Positions 1 to 12,337 of a DNA stretch of 64,000 nucleotides are shown here, piece after piece. The notes under the pieces are model-generated. The model made no database searches. It was given only the letters and a program-made list of their open reading frames with translations, and was not told where the DNA came from. This stretch comes from Paraspadella gotoi (taxonomy: Eukaryota > Animalia > Chaetognatha). The stretch is from contig CM119268.1 in the NCBI GenBank assembly GCA_051294375.1, positions 19,913,971 to 19,977,970 of the forward strand, written 5' to 3'. The first letter of the stretch is position 1. Each line of letters opens with the position of its first letter. A program made the translations under genes and the position numbers.

Positions 1-384
1 ATTATTAAATAAAAAATTCTTAAAGAGCAGTTTTTTTAATAATTATTAAATTATTGTTAGCTATTTTAATTTAGTTTTTCTTAAGCTTTTTTATGATACC
101 TATATAAACAATAATTGGTAAGATCATTATAGTAAAAATAGGTCAGATATTTAAAAAAAATATATTTTAGTATTTTATTATTTTAATTTGGATTATCTTG
201 ATTAAACTAAAGATGGTTAAGCTTATTTTCATGTTACAATATTCTTAAATATACCATTTTCTTCAAATTTTCAAGAGCTTTCAGAAGATTTTAATATTGA
301 TACCTTTTTATATAAAAGTTCTTATTTGGAGAGAAAACAAAAATTTGTTATCTGATAACAATGATTTTGTTTTTATTTAAATCA

Positions 385-415
385 GACATGTTTCGACTCT
401 AGGAGTCTTCATCAG
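385..415 (-). ncRNA. Minimal type I hammerhead ribozyme (PLE type)
   Basis: Minus strand reads CTGATGA-a-GACTC-cta-GAGTC-GAAAC-ATGTC; intact core, palindromic stem III ACATGT, GUC cleavage triplet. Confidence 0.8.
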
Positions 416-470
416 CATTTAAATTCACAAACGTTTCATTTTTTTAATATTGAGTTTGCCAATTTAAATT

Positions 471-508
471 CTGATGAAGACTCAAAAGTTATTGAGTCGA
501 AACATGTC
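471..508 (+). ncRNA. Minimal type I hammerhead ribozyme (PLE type)
   Basis: CTGATGA-a-GACTCAA-aagtta-TTGAGTC-GAAAC-ATGTC; flanking atttaaat segments can form stem I. Confidence 0.8.
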
Positions 509-642
509 CGATTTAAATAAAAACAAAATTATTGTTGTCAAATAATGAATTTTCGTTTTCTCTCTAAATAATTTAAAAAAAAAAAAGCAATAAAAGAAAG
601 GATTAATACTATGGCGGACTAAAACCCACCAACCGTTCATCA

Positions 643-714
643 GCGGCCATTGGTGCCGGAGGCAAGTCATTCGCCTCCCAACCCAAAGGTCCGGGGTTCT
701 AGCCCGGTGGTCGT
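643..714 (+). other. tRNA-derived (Gly-CCC-like) module with Pol III A/B boxes; not a functional tRNA
   Basis: 72 nt; acceptor GCGGCCA/TGGTCGT, A-box-like TGGTGCCGGAGG, T-arm CCGGG..CCCGG with GGTTCTAGCC B-box-like, loop CT-CCC-AA but a broken anticodon stem. Confidence 0.7.
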
Positions 715-716
715 CT

Positions 717-792
717 GGCAGTTAAGAGGGACGGGGCGCTTAACCCGCCTGTAACATGGTGTTACAGCCTGATCCGAAGCTCAGGGACTGCT
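717..792 (+). ncRNA. Twister ribozyme candidate, P5-type permutation with minimal P1
   Basis: P5 GGCAGT/ACTGCT; GA(730-731)+CGGG pairing (T1) with loop TCCG; TAA 741-743; T2 GC(747-748)/GC(779-780); P3 CTGTAACA/TGTTACAG; P4 CCTGA/TCAGG with loop TCCGAAGC. Confidence 0.7.
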
Positions 793-1089
793 TATATTGA
801 ACGGTTCTATCACTAACTCATAATAATAATTACTGTCTCATCATTCCGAACACAACAGCAACACTTTCAGGCGACATGCCTCAACCTGGCGATGCACTTT
901 CCACCCACAACACAACAGGCGACATGCTTCGTCAGTAACCACGGCAAAAGCAATGACGACGATGAGAATAATGATTGACTTGATTGATTGACTATTTGAT
1001 TAATTAACAGCCTGATCCGAAGCTCAGGGACTGCTTATATTAAACGGTTCTGTCTCTAACTCAAAACAATAATTACTGTCTCTTCACAT

Positions 1090-1575
1090 TATCAATTAGT
1101 GAAACAGGTTTTTTGTTTTTTTCCATTTAAACTCATTTCCACTCGAACTATTCCATCGAAACTTGATTTCCTGTTCAATCACACACTTTCCTACCCACAT
1201 AAAAAATTTCAGGTCAATCGCCCCATCCACTCATAAGCACAAGAATTCATGATTGCTTTTGTGATTCACTCCGTCTTTGTCATAGTTATTATCTTTGTTT
1301 GTTTGTCTTAAAAAAGACAACAAAGTTGAAACAAGTTTAAGCAAACCATGTCGGATCTGTCTGCGAAAATTAAATAAGTGTGATGGAGGCCTTAAACCAC
1401 CAAAGCCTGTCCAAAGTCAGGGACAAGATAGCTTATTTATTAAATGAATGGATAATTTTTATATTGGTTGTACCAATTTCATAATTAATTAATAGATTAA
1501 TTAATTAATTAATTTTAATATTTAATAATTAATTATAAATTTATATACAGCTTATCATCATCGATGTCCTTAAAA
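1090..1575 (-). mobile_element. HINE/DINE-1-like element fragments (internal repeat unit and 3' end)
   Basis: 1090-1235 is the reverse complement of the internal unit at ~61370-61510; 1331-1375 carries the subTIR gtcggatctg; 1490-1573 matches 62130-62215. Confidence 0.6.
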
Positions 1576-2779
1576 TTGGGTCAGGACAGTTATTAAATAT
1601 GTTTTGTTTACATTTTATCAAAACAAACAAATATCCTCTATTTTATGTCTCCTTTTCTTTCTCTCTCTCTCTCTCTTTTTATGCAATTGCGACGATCTTT
1701 ATGCTTTTAAGATTTTTTTAACTTGCATCATTTTTTCAACTTGCATAATTTTTTTTAAATTGCATCATTTTTTCATATTAAGTCGCAGAGACAGATCACG
1801 CTTAATTTCATGTGCACGAAAAAAAAATATCGGTCATTGAATTTACTTTGTCTGACCATTTGTACTAACAAGCCATCCCTTCCCTACAGTTATGCTGGAC
1901 AAATACATGCAAAATATGATTTTTTTTTTATTTTTTTCAAAAGTAAAAATTAATTTATTAAAATTCAACAAAAACAAAAGACACTACCGTTTAAAATGGA
2001 CTCATGAATAAAATATTATGAACTAATTCATATGAAACTATAAAATACAACGTTCAAGAACGTTCAAAATTCAAATTTATATATTTTTTCATAAGAAACT
2101 ATAAAAAATAACATTCAAGAACGTTCAAAGAGCTAATGTAAAAATCATAAAACCGTAAAAAGTAAAAAACGTAAAATGTCAAATATCAGAGAAGCAATAG
2201 TTTTTATTTTAAATTTATAATTATAATGTGTTAAAATATATTTTTTTAAGAAACGTTTAAAAAACGTTAACGAGATAAAGTGTCTAGATTTTGAAATGAT
2301 AAAAATCTTTAAAAACATTAAAAACAAAAACATTATATAAAAAGGTAAAGAAAACAAAACATTAGAAAAACGTTAAAATTGTAAAACAAAACGTTTTAAA
2401 ACATTATAAGTGTATAATGCACATAAAGTGTAAAATATATGCCCAAAAATAATGTATAATGTATAATTGTAATAATAAAATAATGTATGAGTATAATTTG
2501 TTAGAGTAAAGGGCAGAGGGGACCACGTCTCTAATAATTAATAATAGAAATAAAAAACTACCGTCACAAATCAAACACATATTCAAAAGGATGCAAATAA
2601 AACAAAAGGAGACGCTAATAAAAACAAAGATGCTAATGAAAACAAAAAGAAACGCTAAAACAAAATTAAGACACTAATAATAAACAAAAAACTACTTCAC
2701 GAAAATGCAAGAGCAAGAATAATCCCTACATCAACATCAAATAGAAATACTATATCATGTTATAAACCGATAACAGACA

Positions 2780-3345
2780 CTACTACATAAAATTATTTAC
2801 ATGTGGTCCCTTAATACCCAATACCAGATACCCTCATTGATTAAACAAGTTCCAATAACCAATTCTAACTTGTTTAATTAAGTTTCCCCACTCCATAGTC
2901 CCATCTTCATTTAATACACACCCATACATTACCAATAAAATTCGTTTTTTGAAACTTTCCCAATCTGCCACTTAATTTGGCAACCCAATAGTCTGTTCTA
3001 TATCTTTTCTCAAATGAACAACAAATATTTTTCCAAAGTCTTTCAACGCCCATCTCAACATGCCTAATCCTCTCTGCTCTCATCTTGAATATAACAGATC
3101 TTAGAGTAAAACCTAATTTATTTCTTAACCTTACCTTAAGCCTTGTTAAACCTAAACTCATTTCTCGGTTATCAACTCTCTTATCATCAAATTTTAAAAG
3201 TGTCATACTCAACTTCTCCCAGAGTCTTACAACCACTTCGCACTGAGTCAAAATATGCCATCGCTCACGTGCTACAACACCACAAAGCTCACAAATACCA
3301 TCACTCTTTCCTACATATGCGTAATCCTATATGCTGTCCAAAAAT
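2780..3345 (-). mobile_element. 3' fragment of an L1/Tx1-like LINE ORF2 (zf-RVT zinc knuckle)
   Basis: The frame of ORF 2907-3251 extends upstream as GKSDGICELCGVVARERWHILTQCEVVVRLW, matching the CxxC..E..H....C.....W motif at LINE ORF2 C-termini. Confidence 0.55.
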
Positions 3346-5237
3346 TTAAACTTACCTGTCGCCATATAGAAGACCTGACATAGTAAAGAGGTATCAGAGT
3401 ACATAATTGCACCCCCAGATGGCCCTCCTCATTAATTAAACTAATTCCAAGTACTCTTTCCCATTTATCTTCATAATGTCTTCATAATGATTTGGCTAGA
3501 ATGATACAGTAAAAATACAGTGTAAAAGTTTAAATTTGGACTAGATACTTTGTTTCTCTGAATTCTTAAACCATAAGCCATAAACGAGTTAGACGATGGG
3601 TTCAACTGAAAGTGATATGTCTCTAAATGATAAAAAAATTTTCTTTAGTTTTTATTTTGAAATTTAGGTATTATAAAATAGGATAAATTGAGATACTCCC
3701 GCTTTGCCGAATTTTTATTTAACAAAGATTTGTACTGCGTAGTTCAAATCTTTAGTCCTCCGATGTAAAAAAAGTTATTTTTTTGCAATACTTTTGAAAG
3801 AAATGAGATAGGATGGTGGGCGAGGTATCAAATTAAAGGCCTAATCATGGGGCATCTTTCTGAACTAGTTTCTATAAATTTTATCGAAAAATGTTAAGAC
3901 AGAATTTGTTTAAAACCTAGTTAAAAGTATAAACAGTTTTCGGAGTTATAAAATTTTAATGAAGGAAATTAATTTTTTTTAATATTCTTTTGCATTTGTA
4001 AAAAGGAAAGACTGAATTACATTTTGATTACAATAAAGCTCATTTACTCCATAAATTTGCATGTATTTTTGGTTAAAGTAAAAAACAAGCAAAAATACAT
4101 ATAGTAGCATGATAAAATATTATTTTAATATGTAAATTATAAATTAAAAGTTATTTTCAGTTTAATATAAACAGTTTGGTTGTCTACCTTTTTGTCTGTG
4201 AAAAAAAATAATCATTTTTCATTATTTTTTAACTGGAAACAAAAAGCTTGACCCACTGCTTGTTTATCATATTACAATTTTAAATAGATACAAATACAAC
4301 ATGTATTTTTTAAATTGTATTTATTTTAAGCTTTTATAATTTCTTTTTATATAAAACATCTAATATTCTCAATTTGAGCAAAGCTTTACTTCTTTAAAGA
4401 TTTGGAAAAAATATTAGACTTGAACCAATGGTCATTCAGATTTTAGTTTTGCATAAAAAATCAAGATATCAAAACAAAAAAAATCAGATTGTTCTAAAAT
4501 CGAATGCCTTGAATCTGATTTTTTTCAAAATGCAAAATTTTGGTTCATCATCTAGATCTAAAATTCTGAACACAAAATGTTTTTTTCGAAAATTGAATTA
4601 TTCTATCCTCTTCAATAATTAAAAATTAATTAAGCATATTATTCTTGCAAATTAAGCAGCCAAATTTATCATGCATATTGGCAAAAGATTGCCCTTTTGA
4701 AAAATCTATTTGAAAATCTTTGCTGTTGATGATGATGGTCTATTACAATGAACAAGTTCAAATATAGATAAAAAGAAAAAAATTATTTTGTAATTCTAGT
4801 ATCATAATTCATTTGCATATTTTGTACTATTACCAGAATAAAAAATTATTTACTAATGGGTCTGAAATATTGCTCTTTTTCTGTAGATAATAATATCTAT
4901 TGTTAAAGCTCATTATGTATATTCGTAAGGCAACCAAGGCTCTTAACATAACGCTACTTACAATTCTTTAAGCATTTTTTGGACTTTTTGTCAGATTTCT
5001 TCTTTTCCTGACCCTATTGCCCTTCTTGTGGGCGGTTGACACTCATGGAGACAGTACCTTAGGTCTCCGAGTACCAAACAACAACTATGGCTAAAAGATT
5101 ATGAATCAAATATGGCGACGAGGGAAATAAAAAGGATCATAAGTAGGGTGGGAAGCAAATTAAGCGTGATCTGTCTTTGCGTCTTAATTAATTTAGGAGA
5201 AAAAAAATCTAAAAAGCAATAGGGATCGAGCCTACTT

Positions 5238-5503
5238 TTGATGATAATCAAATATTGATGCGATAACCAAATTTGATGCGATTAAACCGAAGGATTGAAT
5301 GCGATGATAACCAAATGATGGATGCGATGATAACCAAATGATGGATGCGATGATAATCATTCATTATGGATGATAATCATTCATTGATGCGATGATAATC
5401 ATTCATTGATGCGATGATATCTTCATTGATTCGATTGATTGTCTAATGATCGATGATATCATACATATCATTGATGCGAAGATAGTCATTCATTGACGTG
5501 ATG
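5238..5503 (+). repeat. ~22-bp minisatellite (gatgcgatgataatcattcatt) within a dispersed repeat
   Basis: About 12 degenerate units; also at ~8965-9233 and inverted at ~59540-59752, each beside aagcaatagggatcgagc. Confidence 0.8.
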
Positions 5504-5510
5504 AGTTAAT

Positions 5511-5545
<35 letters not shown>

Positions 5546-5970
5546 AGAGAGAATAATAAATTAATAAATAAAGTTTTCAGAAGGAAAAAATAAAAATCCA
5601 CGAATCTTAGAAATAAATTTGTGATTTTGTATTAAGAAAAAGTTGCGTGATAAAAATAAAATTGTTTATTAGAGTGTGTGATTAAGCATCAATTAACTTT
5701 CTATTTTTTTTTCAATTGAAATAAGATTGAAGTCTTTTGTTCATCTAGTTCAAAAATGAGGTTGAAAACCTTATTTTTTGCATATTATTGAAAAATGAAT
5801 GAGATTGATATTGATTGTATGAAATGAAAACTCGTCGCTATGAAGCTAAACAATTTTCAATAATAACGGTCAAAAAATTATAATCTCTATTAACAAAATA
5901 TATAGTTGACAATAATCAGTTAACGACTATGATATTTTTGACTTCCATATATTTTTTTTACTTATTCAAT

Positions 5971-6225
5971 TAGGAAAAACAGTTTTAATGTGGCAACGAA
6001 TTTTATTGACAAGTAAGTCGGACATGTTCCGACTCTTATAGAGTTAGAGTCTTCATCAGCAAGTGATTTTTCACAACAATTGTCTCTGTGAAAGTTGAGT
6101 TTGGTGAGAGAGAGAGAGACAGAGAGAGAGGGAGATTCCAACAAAGAATTGAGTGAGAAAGTGGTCAGATGTGAGGACAGTTCAAGGTAAGGACAGGGGA
6201 AGTAGAAAGTAAGATTGTGAAAATG

Positions 6226-6260
<35 letters not shown>

Positions 6261-6939
6261 ACAATTGAAATTAATACATTTAGTAATGTACAACAGAGAA
6301 AATAAGAATAAAATAAGTAAACTTAAAGATTAACTAAGTAAACTACTATTAACAACAATGAAAATAAATTGTAAAATGAAGTGAAATTGAAATGGAAGAA
6401 TAAGTGGTTAGGATAGGTAAGTAAAGAGTTAGTGAAAGTAAGTAAAAGAAAGAGCTCAAAAATGAGCTGGCCCCCCCCGGCCGGGCAAATGGAGGACGTT
6501 GACGATAAGATCGGGTCATTGGCCTGTCATAGGTTGAGAGGATATATTTGTAGAGCGTGACATTCTGGGTCTGGTAAGGTTCCACTGGGAAAAATGCCAA
6601 GTGCCACTCGTATATCTTCTTTGGCCTGATAAGCCTGCCGACGGCCCTCCTCTCACCTGACGGTGAGGCAGGTTGCCTGTTCTTGCTGTTTGGGCGACGC
6701 TCGGTGCGAGGAGAGTCGTACCGAGTTGCTACAGGCTCGAGAGAGGTATCGGACATCCATTGCCTGCTGAGAGGCCTCCGCCTGGCCCGTTGAGTAGGGA
6801 CAGGGGAATCATTGTGCGGTTGGGGTGGCTCTGGGCGTCCACCACCATTTTGATAAGCGAATCATAGCTTGGAGGGAGTTCGAATCGTCCTCCATCACGG
6901 TTCAGAGAGGGCTCGAGGGCCTTTGACTGTCAAAATTGC
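5971..6939 (-). mobile_element. Penelope-like element A, 3' pLTR and ORF end (duplicate of 9703-10660)
   Basis: Hammerhead at 6021-6059 (GAAAC read as GGAAC); GIY-YIG C-terminus LEPSLNRDGGRFELPPSYDSLIK on the minus strand; truncated by a gap. Confidence 0.8.
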
Positions 6940-6964
6940 NNNNNNNNNNNNNNNNNNNNNNNNN

Positions 6965-9242
6965 CGTAATCCATATATGCTGTCCAAAAATTTAAACTTA
7001 CCTGTCGCCATATAGAAGACCTGACATAGTAAGAGGTATCAGAGTACATAATTGCACCCCAGATGGCCCTCCACTCATTAATTAAACTAATTCCAAGTAC
7101 TCTTTCCCATTTATCTTCATAATGTCTTCATAATGATTTGGCTAGAATGATACAGTAAAATACAGTGTAAAAGTTTAAATTTGGACTAGATACTTTGTTT
7201 CTCTGAATTCTTAAACCATAAGCCATAAACGAGTTAGACGATGGGTTCAACTGAAAGTGATATGTCTCTAAATGATAAAAAAATTTTCTTTAGTTTTTAT
7301 TTTGAAATTTAGGTATTATACAAATAGGATAAATTGAGATACTCCCGCTTTGCCGAAATTTTTATTTAACAAAGATTTGTACTGCGTAGTTCAAATCTTT
7401 AGTCCTCCGATGATAAAAAAAGTTATTTTTTTGCATAACTTTTGAAAGAAATGAGATAGGATGGTGGGCGAGGTATCAAATTAAAGGCCTAATCATGGGG
7501 CATCTTTCTGAACTAGTTTCTATAAATTTTATCGAAAAATGTTAAGACAGAATTTGTTTAAAACCTAGTTAAAAGTATAACAGTTTTCGGAGTTAAAAAT
7601 TTTAATGAAGGAAATTAATTTTTTTAATATTCTTTTGCATTTGTAAAAAGGAAAGACTGAATTACATTTTGATTACCANNNNNNNNNNNNNNNNNNNNNN
7701 NNNNNNNNNNNNNNNNNNNNNNNNNNNNNNNNNNNNNNNNNNNNNNNNNNNNNNNNNNNNNNNNNNNNNNNNNNNNNNNNNNNNNNNNNNNNNNNNNNNN
7801 NNNNNNNNNNNNNNNNNNNNNNNNNNNNNNNNNNNNNNNNNNNNNNNNNNNNNNNNNNNNNNNNNNNNNNNNNNNNNNNNNNNNNNNNNNNNNNNNNNNN
7901 NNNNNNNNNNNNNNNNNNNNNNNNNNNNNNNNNNNNNNNNNNNNNNNNNNNNNNNNNNNNNNNNNNNNNNNNNNNNNNNNNNNNNNTTATCATATTACAA
8001 TTTTAAATAGATACAAATACAAACATGTATTTTTTAAATTGTATTTTATTTTAAGCTTTTATAATTTCTTTTTATATAAAACATCTAATATTCTCAATTT
8101 GAGCAAAGCTTTACTTCTTAAAGTTGCGAAAAAAATATTAAGAGACTTGACCAATGGTCATTCAGAATTTTTTAGTTTGCATAAAAATCAAGAATCAAAA
8201 AACAAAAAAAATCAGATTGTTCTAAAATCGAATGCCTTGAATCTGATTTTTTTCAAAATGCAAAATTTTGGTTCATCATCTAGATCTAAAATTCTGAACA
8301 CAAAATGTTTTTTTCGAAAATTGAATTATTCTATCCTCTTCAATAATTAAAAATTAATTAAGCATATTATTCTTGCAAATTAAGCAGCCAAATTTATCAT
8401 GCATATTGGCAAAAGATTGCCCTTTTGAAAAATCTATTTGAAAATCTTTGCTGTTGATGATGATGGTCTATTACAATGAACAAGTTCAAATATAGATAAA
8501 AAGAAAAAATTATTTTGTAATTCTAGTATCATAATTCATTTGCATATTTTGTACTATTACCAGATAAAAAATTATTTACTAATGGGTCTGAAATATTGCT
8601 CTTTTTCTGTAGATAATGAATATCTATTGTTAAAGCTCATTATGTATATTCGTAAGGCAACCAAGGCTCTTAACATAACGCTACTACAATTCTTTAAGCA
8701 TTTTTCTGGACTTTTTGTCAGATTTCTTCTTTTCCTGACCCTATTGCCCTTCTTGTGGGCGGTTGACACTCATGGAGACAGTACCTTAGGTCTCCGAGTA
8801 CCAAACAACAACTATGGCTAAAAGATTATGAATCAAATATGGCGACGAGGGAAATAAAAAGGATCATAAGTAGGGTGGGAAGCAAATTAAGCGTGATCTG
8901 TCTTTGCGTCTTAATTAATTTAGGAGAAAAAAAATCTTAAAAGCAATAGGGATCGAGCCTACTTTTGATGATAATCAAATATTGATGCGATAACCAAATA
9001 TTGATGCGATTATAACCGAAGGATTGATGCGATGATAACCAAATGATGGATGCGATGATAACCAAATGATGGATGCGATGATAATCATTCATTGATGCGA
9101 TGATAATCATTCATTGATGCGATGATAATCATTCATTGATGCGATGATAGTCCTTCATTGATCGGATGATAATCATTCATTGATGCGATGATATTCATTC
9201 ATTGATGCGAAGATAGTCATTCATTGACGTGATGAGTTAATT

Positions 9243-9274
<32 letters not shown>

Positions 9275-10660
9275 AGAGAGAATAATAAATTAATAATAAA
9301 AGTTTTCAGAAGGAAAAAAATAAAAATCCACGAAAATCTTAGAAATAAATTTGTGATTTTGTATTAAGAAAAAAGTGGCGTGATAAAAATAAAATTGTTT
9401 ATTAGAGTGTGTGATTAAGCATCAATTAACTTTCTATTTTTTTTTCAATTGAAATAAGATTGAAGTCTTTTGTTCATCTAGTTCAAAATGAGGTTGAAAA
9501 CCTTATTTTTTTGCATATTATTGAAAATGAATGAGATTGATATTGATTGTATGAAATGAAAACTCGTCGCTATGAAGCTAAACAATTTTCAATAATAACG
9601 GTCAAAAAATTATAATCTCTATTAACAAAATATATAGTTGACAATAATCAGTTAACGACTATGATATTTTTGACTTCCATATATTTTTTTTACTTATTCA
9701 ATTAGGAAAAACAGTTTTAATGTGGCAACGAATTTTATTGACAATAAGTCGACATGTTTGACTCTTAATAGAGTTAGAGTCTCATCAGCAAGTGATTTTT
9801 CACAACAATTGTCTCTGTGAATTTGAGTTTGGTGAGAGAGAGAGAGACAGAGAGAGAGGGAGATTCCAACAAAGAATTGAGGAGAAAGTGGTCAGATGTG
9901 AGGACAGTTCAGGTAAGGACAGGGGAAGTAGAAGTAAGATTTGTGAAAATGAAAAGAGAGAGAGAGAGAGAGAAGAGAGAGAGAGACACAAATTGAAATT
10001 AATACATTTAGTAATGTACAACAGAGAAAATAAGAATAAATAATAAACTTAAAGATTAACTAGTAATACTACTATTAACAACAATGAAAATAATTAGTAA
10101 AATGAAGTGAAATTGAAATGGAAGAATAAGTGGTTAGGGATAGGTAAGTAAAGAGTTAGTGAAAGTAAGTAAAAGAAAGAGCTCAAAATGAGCTGGCCCC
10201 CCCCGCCGGGCAAATGGAGGACGTTGACCGATAAGATCGGGTCATTGGCCTGTCATAGGTTGAGAGGATATATTTGTAGAGCGTGACATTCTGGGGTCTG
10301 GTAAGGTTCCACTGGGAAAAATGCCAAGTGCCACTCGTTATATCTCTTTGGCCTGATAAGCCTGCCGACGGCCCTCCTCTCACCTGACGGTGAGGCAGGT
10401 TGCTGTTCTTGCCTGTTTTGGGCGACGCTCGTGCGAGGAGTCGTACCGAGTTGCTACAGGCTCGAGAGAGGTATCGGACAATCCTTGCTGCTTGAGAGGC
10501 CTCCGCCTGGCCGTTGAGTAGGGACAGGGAGATTCATTGTGCGTTTGGGTGCTCGGGCGTTCCAGCCACCAATTTTGATAGCGAATCATAGCTTGGAGGG
10601 AGTTCGAATCGTTCCTCCATCACGGTTCAGAGAGGGCTCGAGGGCTTTGATGTAAATTGC
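6965..10660 (+). repeat. Tandem duplicate of 3320-6939, probably an assembly artefact
   Basis: Near-identical, differs mostly by 1-nt indels, starts right after an N gap. Confidence 0.8.
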
Positions 10661-12337
10661 CTCTCTAATACCTCTTGAAAACCAGTTTTGGTCATGGACA
10701 GCACGAGACAGTCAGTCTCTCTCTAAACAGATGGCCTGATGATGCCGTGTGCTCGGGCAATAGCCGATAGAAAGCTGACCACGTGAGTCACGATAAAGCT
10801 TTGTGTGCTGCTTAAAACCGTCTGCTAGAGATTTGCCTGTCTCGCCCACGTATGCTGCTGTGCAGGGTTGGTGCCCGCGCCGGCGCACAGGCCGCCCAGT
10901 AACGGCTCTGATGTTTTGTTATTCTGCGGGGAATTTTGGTCTTTCGGTTTCACCAAATGCTCACGTGGAGAGAGCCGCGGGTCGTCACTGAGCTGGAGAT
11001 CCCCTGCTTTGCTAGCACCGCACCAGAGCTTCAGTGATCCCCTGGTGGTAGGGCAGGGAGAACAGACCACGACTCTTGAGGCGCTTCTGCTTATCTCCCT
11101 TGCGCTGTGGTGGGCGCGGTCGTCCTTCAGCAGCAAGGCCTCGTTCGTCCTCTCGTGGGGGCGGAGGTTGAACCTGCGTTAGCGGCTACTTACGGTTGAG
11201 GCAGCCCTTGGTGGCCACTGCCCTCAGCGAGGTTCAGCCGGAACTTGCCTCTCGACATGCCCACAGAGGGTAACCATCGAGCGCCAGGGCTCTTTTGACA
11301 TGCTCAAGCTCTCGGCGGCCTGGAGCTCGGGGGTCGACGGAATCAGAATAGCTCTTCTGGTAAGGGATCTGACCGTGGCGAGCTTGTTGCGACAAGGGAG
11401 CATGCGAATCGAAAGGAATGTATTGATCAGTGTGCGTTGGTTTGCGATAGACAGAAAATTCAAATGAGCCGCCCTCTCTGCGTTTTTACAAGCACATCGA
11501 GCCATTGGAATTTCGCCATTCACTCTCCTTTTCGCATGTCCACTTGATGCTCGCTTCAATGCTGTTCAGGTGGACAATAGGGTATCAACGAGATCCTTCT
11601 CACGGCCAGAATAGTATCATCGCGCTCTCCGATACCAGAAGAGAACTGAATCTGCCCCATGCAGAGATTGAAAAAGAAGCCAAGGTTCACCTCATAGTCC
11701 TCCATATAAAAATCTGCCAGAGGACTTGAGGTTGATTTTGCCCATCCCTAAGCCACCAGGCTGGGCATAGTACGGTCCATCGAACCTGAAGTACGCCAGT
11801 TCCAGGTCGAGCTAACGAGCTCATTTTTGAGCTCTTTCTTTTACTTTACTTTCACTAACTCTTTACTTTACCTATCCCTAACCACTTATTCTTCCATTTC
11901 ACATTTCACTATTTCTTCATTTTACTAATTTATTTTCATTGTTGTTGTAATATAGTATAGTTATCTTATAATCTTAGTTAATTTTAAGTTTACTTATTTA
12001 TTCTTATTTTCTTCTTGTTGTACATTACTAAAGGTATTAATTTTCAATTTGTGTCTCTCTCTCTCTCTCTCTCTCTCTTTCATTTTCACAATCTTACTTC
12101 TACTTCCCCTGTCCTTACCTTGAACTGTCCTCACATCTGACCCTTTCCTCACCAAATTCTTTGTTGGAATCTCCCTCTTCTCTCTTGTCTCTTCTCTCTC
12201 ACCAAACTCAACTTTCACAGAGACAATTGTTGTGAAAAATCACTTGCTGATGAAGACTCTAACCTCTATAAGAGTCGAAACATGTCCGACTTACTTGTCA
12301 ATAAAATTCGTTGCCACATTAAAAACTGTTTTTCCTA
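9703..12337 (-). mobile_element. Penelope-like element A: 5'-truncated RT + GIY-YIG between ~520-bp inverted pLTRs
   Basis: Arms ~9703-10195 and ~11817-12337 are inverted; the frameshifted minus ORF has the RT thumb (IKWTCE..GEIPMLDV, YRKPTHTDQY) and YVGETGKSLADRFK. Confidence 0.9.
12247..12286 (+). ncRNA. Hammerhead ribozyme in PLE-A pLTR
   Basis: CTGATGA-a-GACTCT..AGAGTC-GAAAC-ATGTC; inverted partner at 9751-9788 is degraded by indels. Confidence 0.8.

Larger units (their letters stand above)
328..565. repeat. ~95-bp imperfect inverted repeat with a hammerhead in each arm (mini PLE-derived foldback)
   Basis: 328-425 (gagagaaaac...gacatgtttcgactctaggagtcttcatcagcatttaaatt) is the reverse complement of ~461-565 (aatttaaattctgatgaagactc...gagtcgaaacatgtccgatttaaat...gttttctctct). 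Confidence 0.8.
611..930 (+). mobile_element. tRNA-head/twister repeat unit, copy 1 (SINE/retrozyme-like)
   Basis: Closely matches the reverse complement of the units at 62477-63128; a further partial copy lies at ~1005-1087. Confidence 0.8.

Noticed and set aside
643-714. Functional tRNA-Gly gene
   Set aside because: The anticodon stem does not pair, the T-loop is altered and there is no poly-T terminator; it is part of a repeat
4920-5150. Exon-like GC-elevated segment (duplicate at ~8640-8870)
   Set aside because: No recognisable protein motif or consistent splice-site pair
5238-5503. CRISPR-like array
   Set aside because: Contiguous degenerate 22-mers without unique spacers in eukaryotic DNA; a minisatellite
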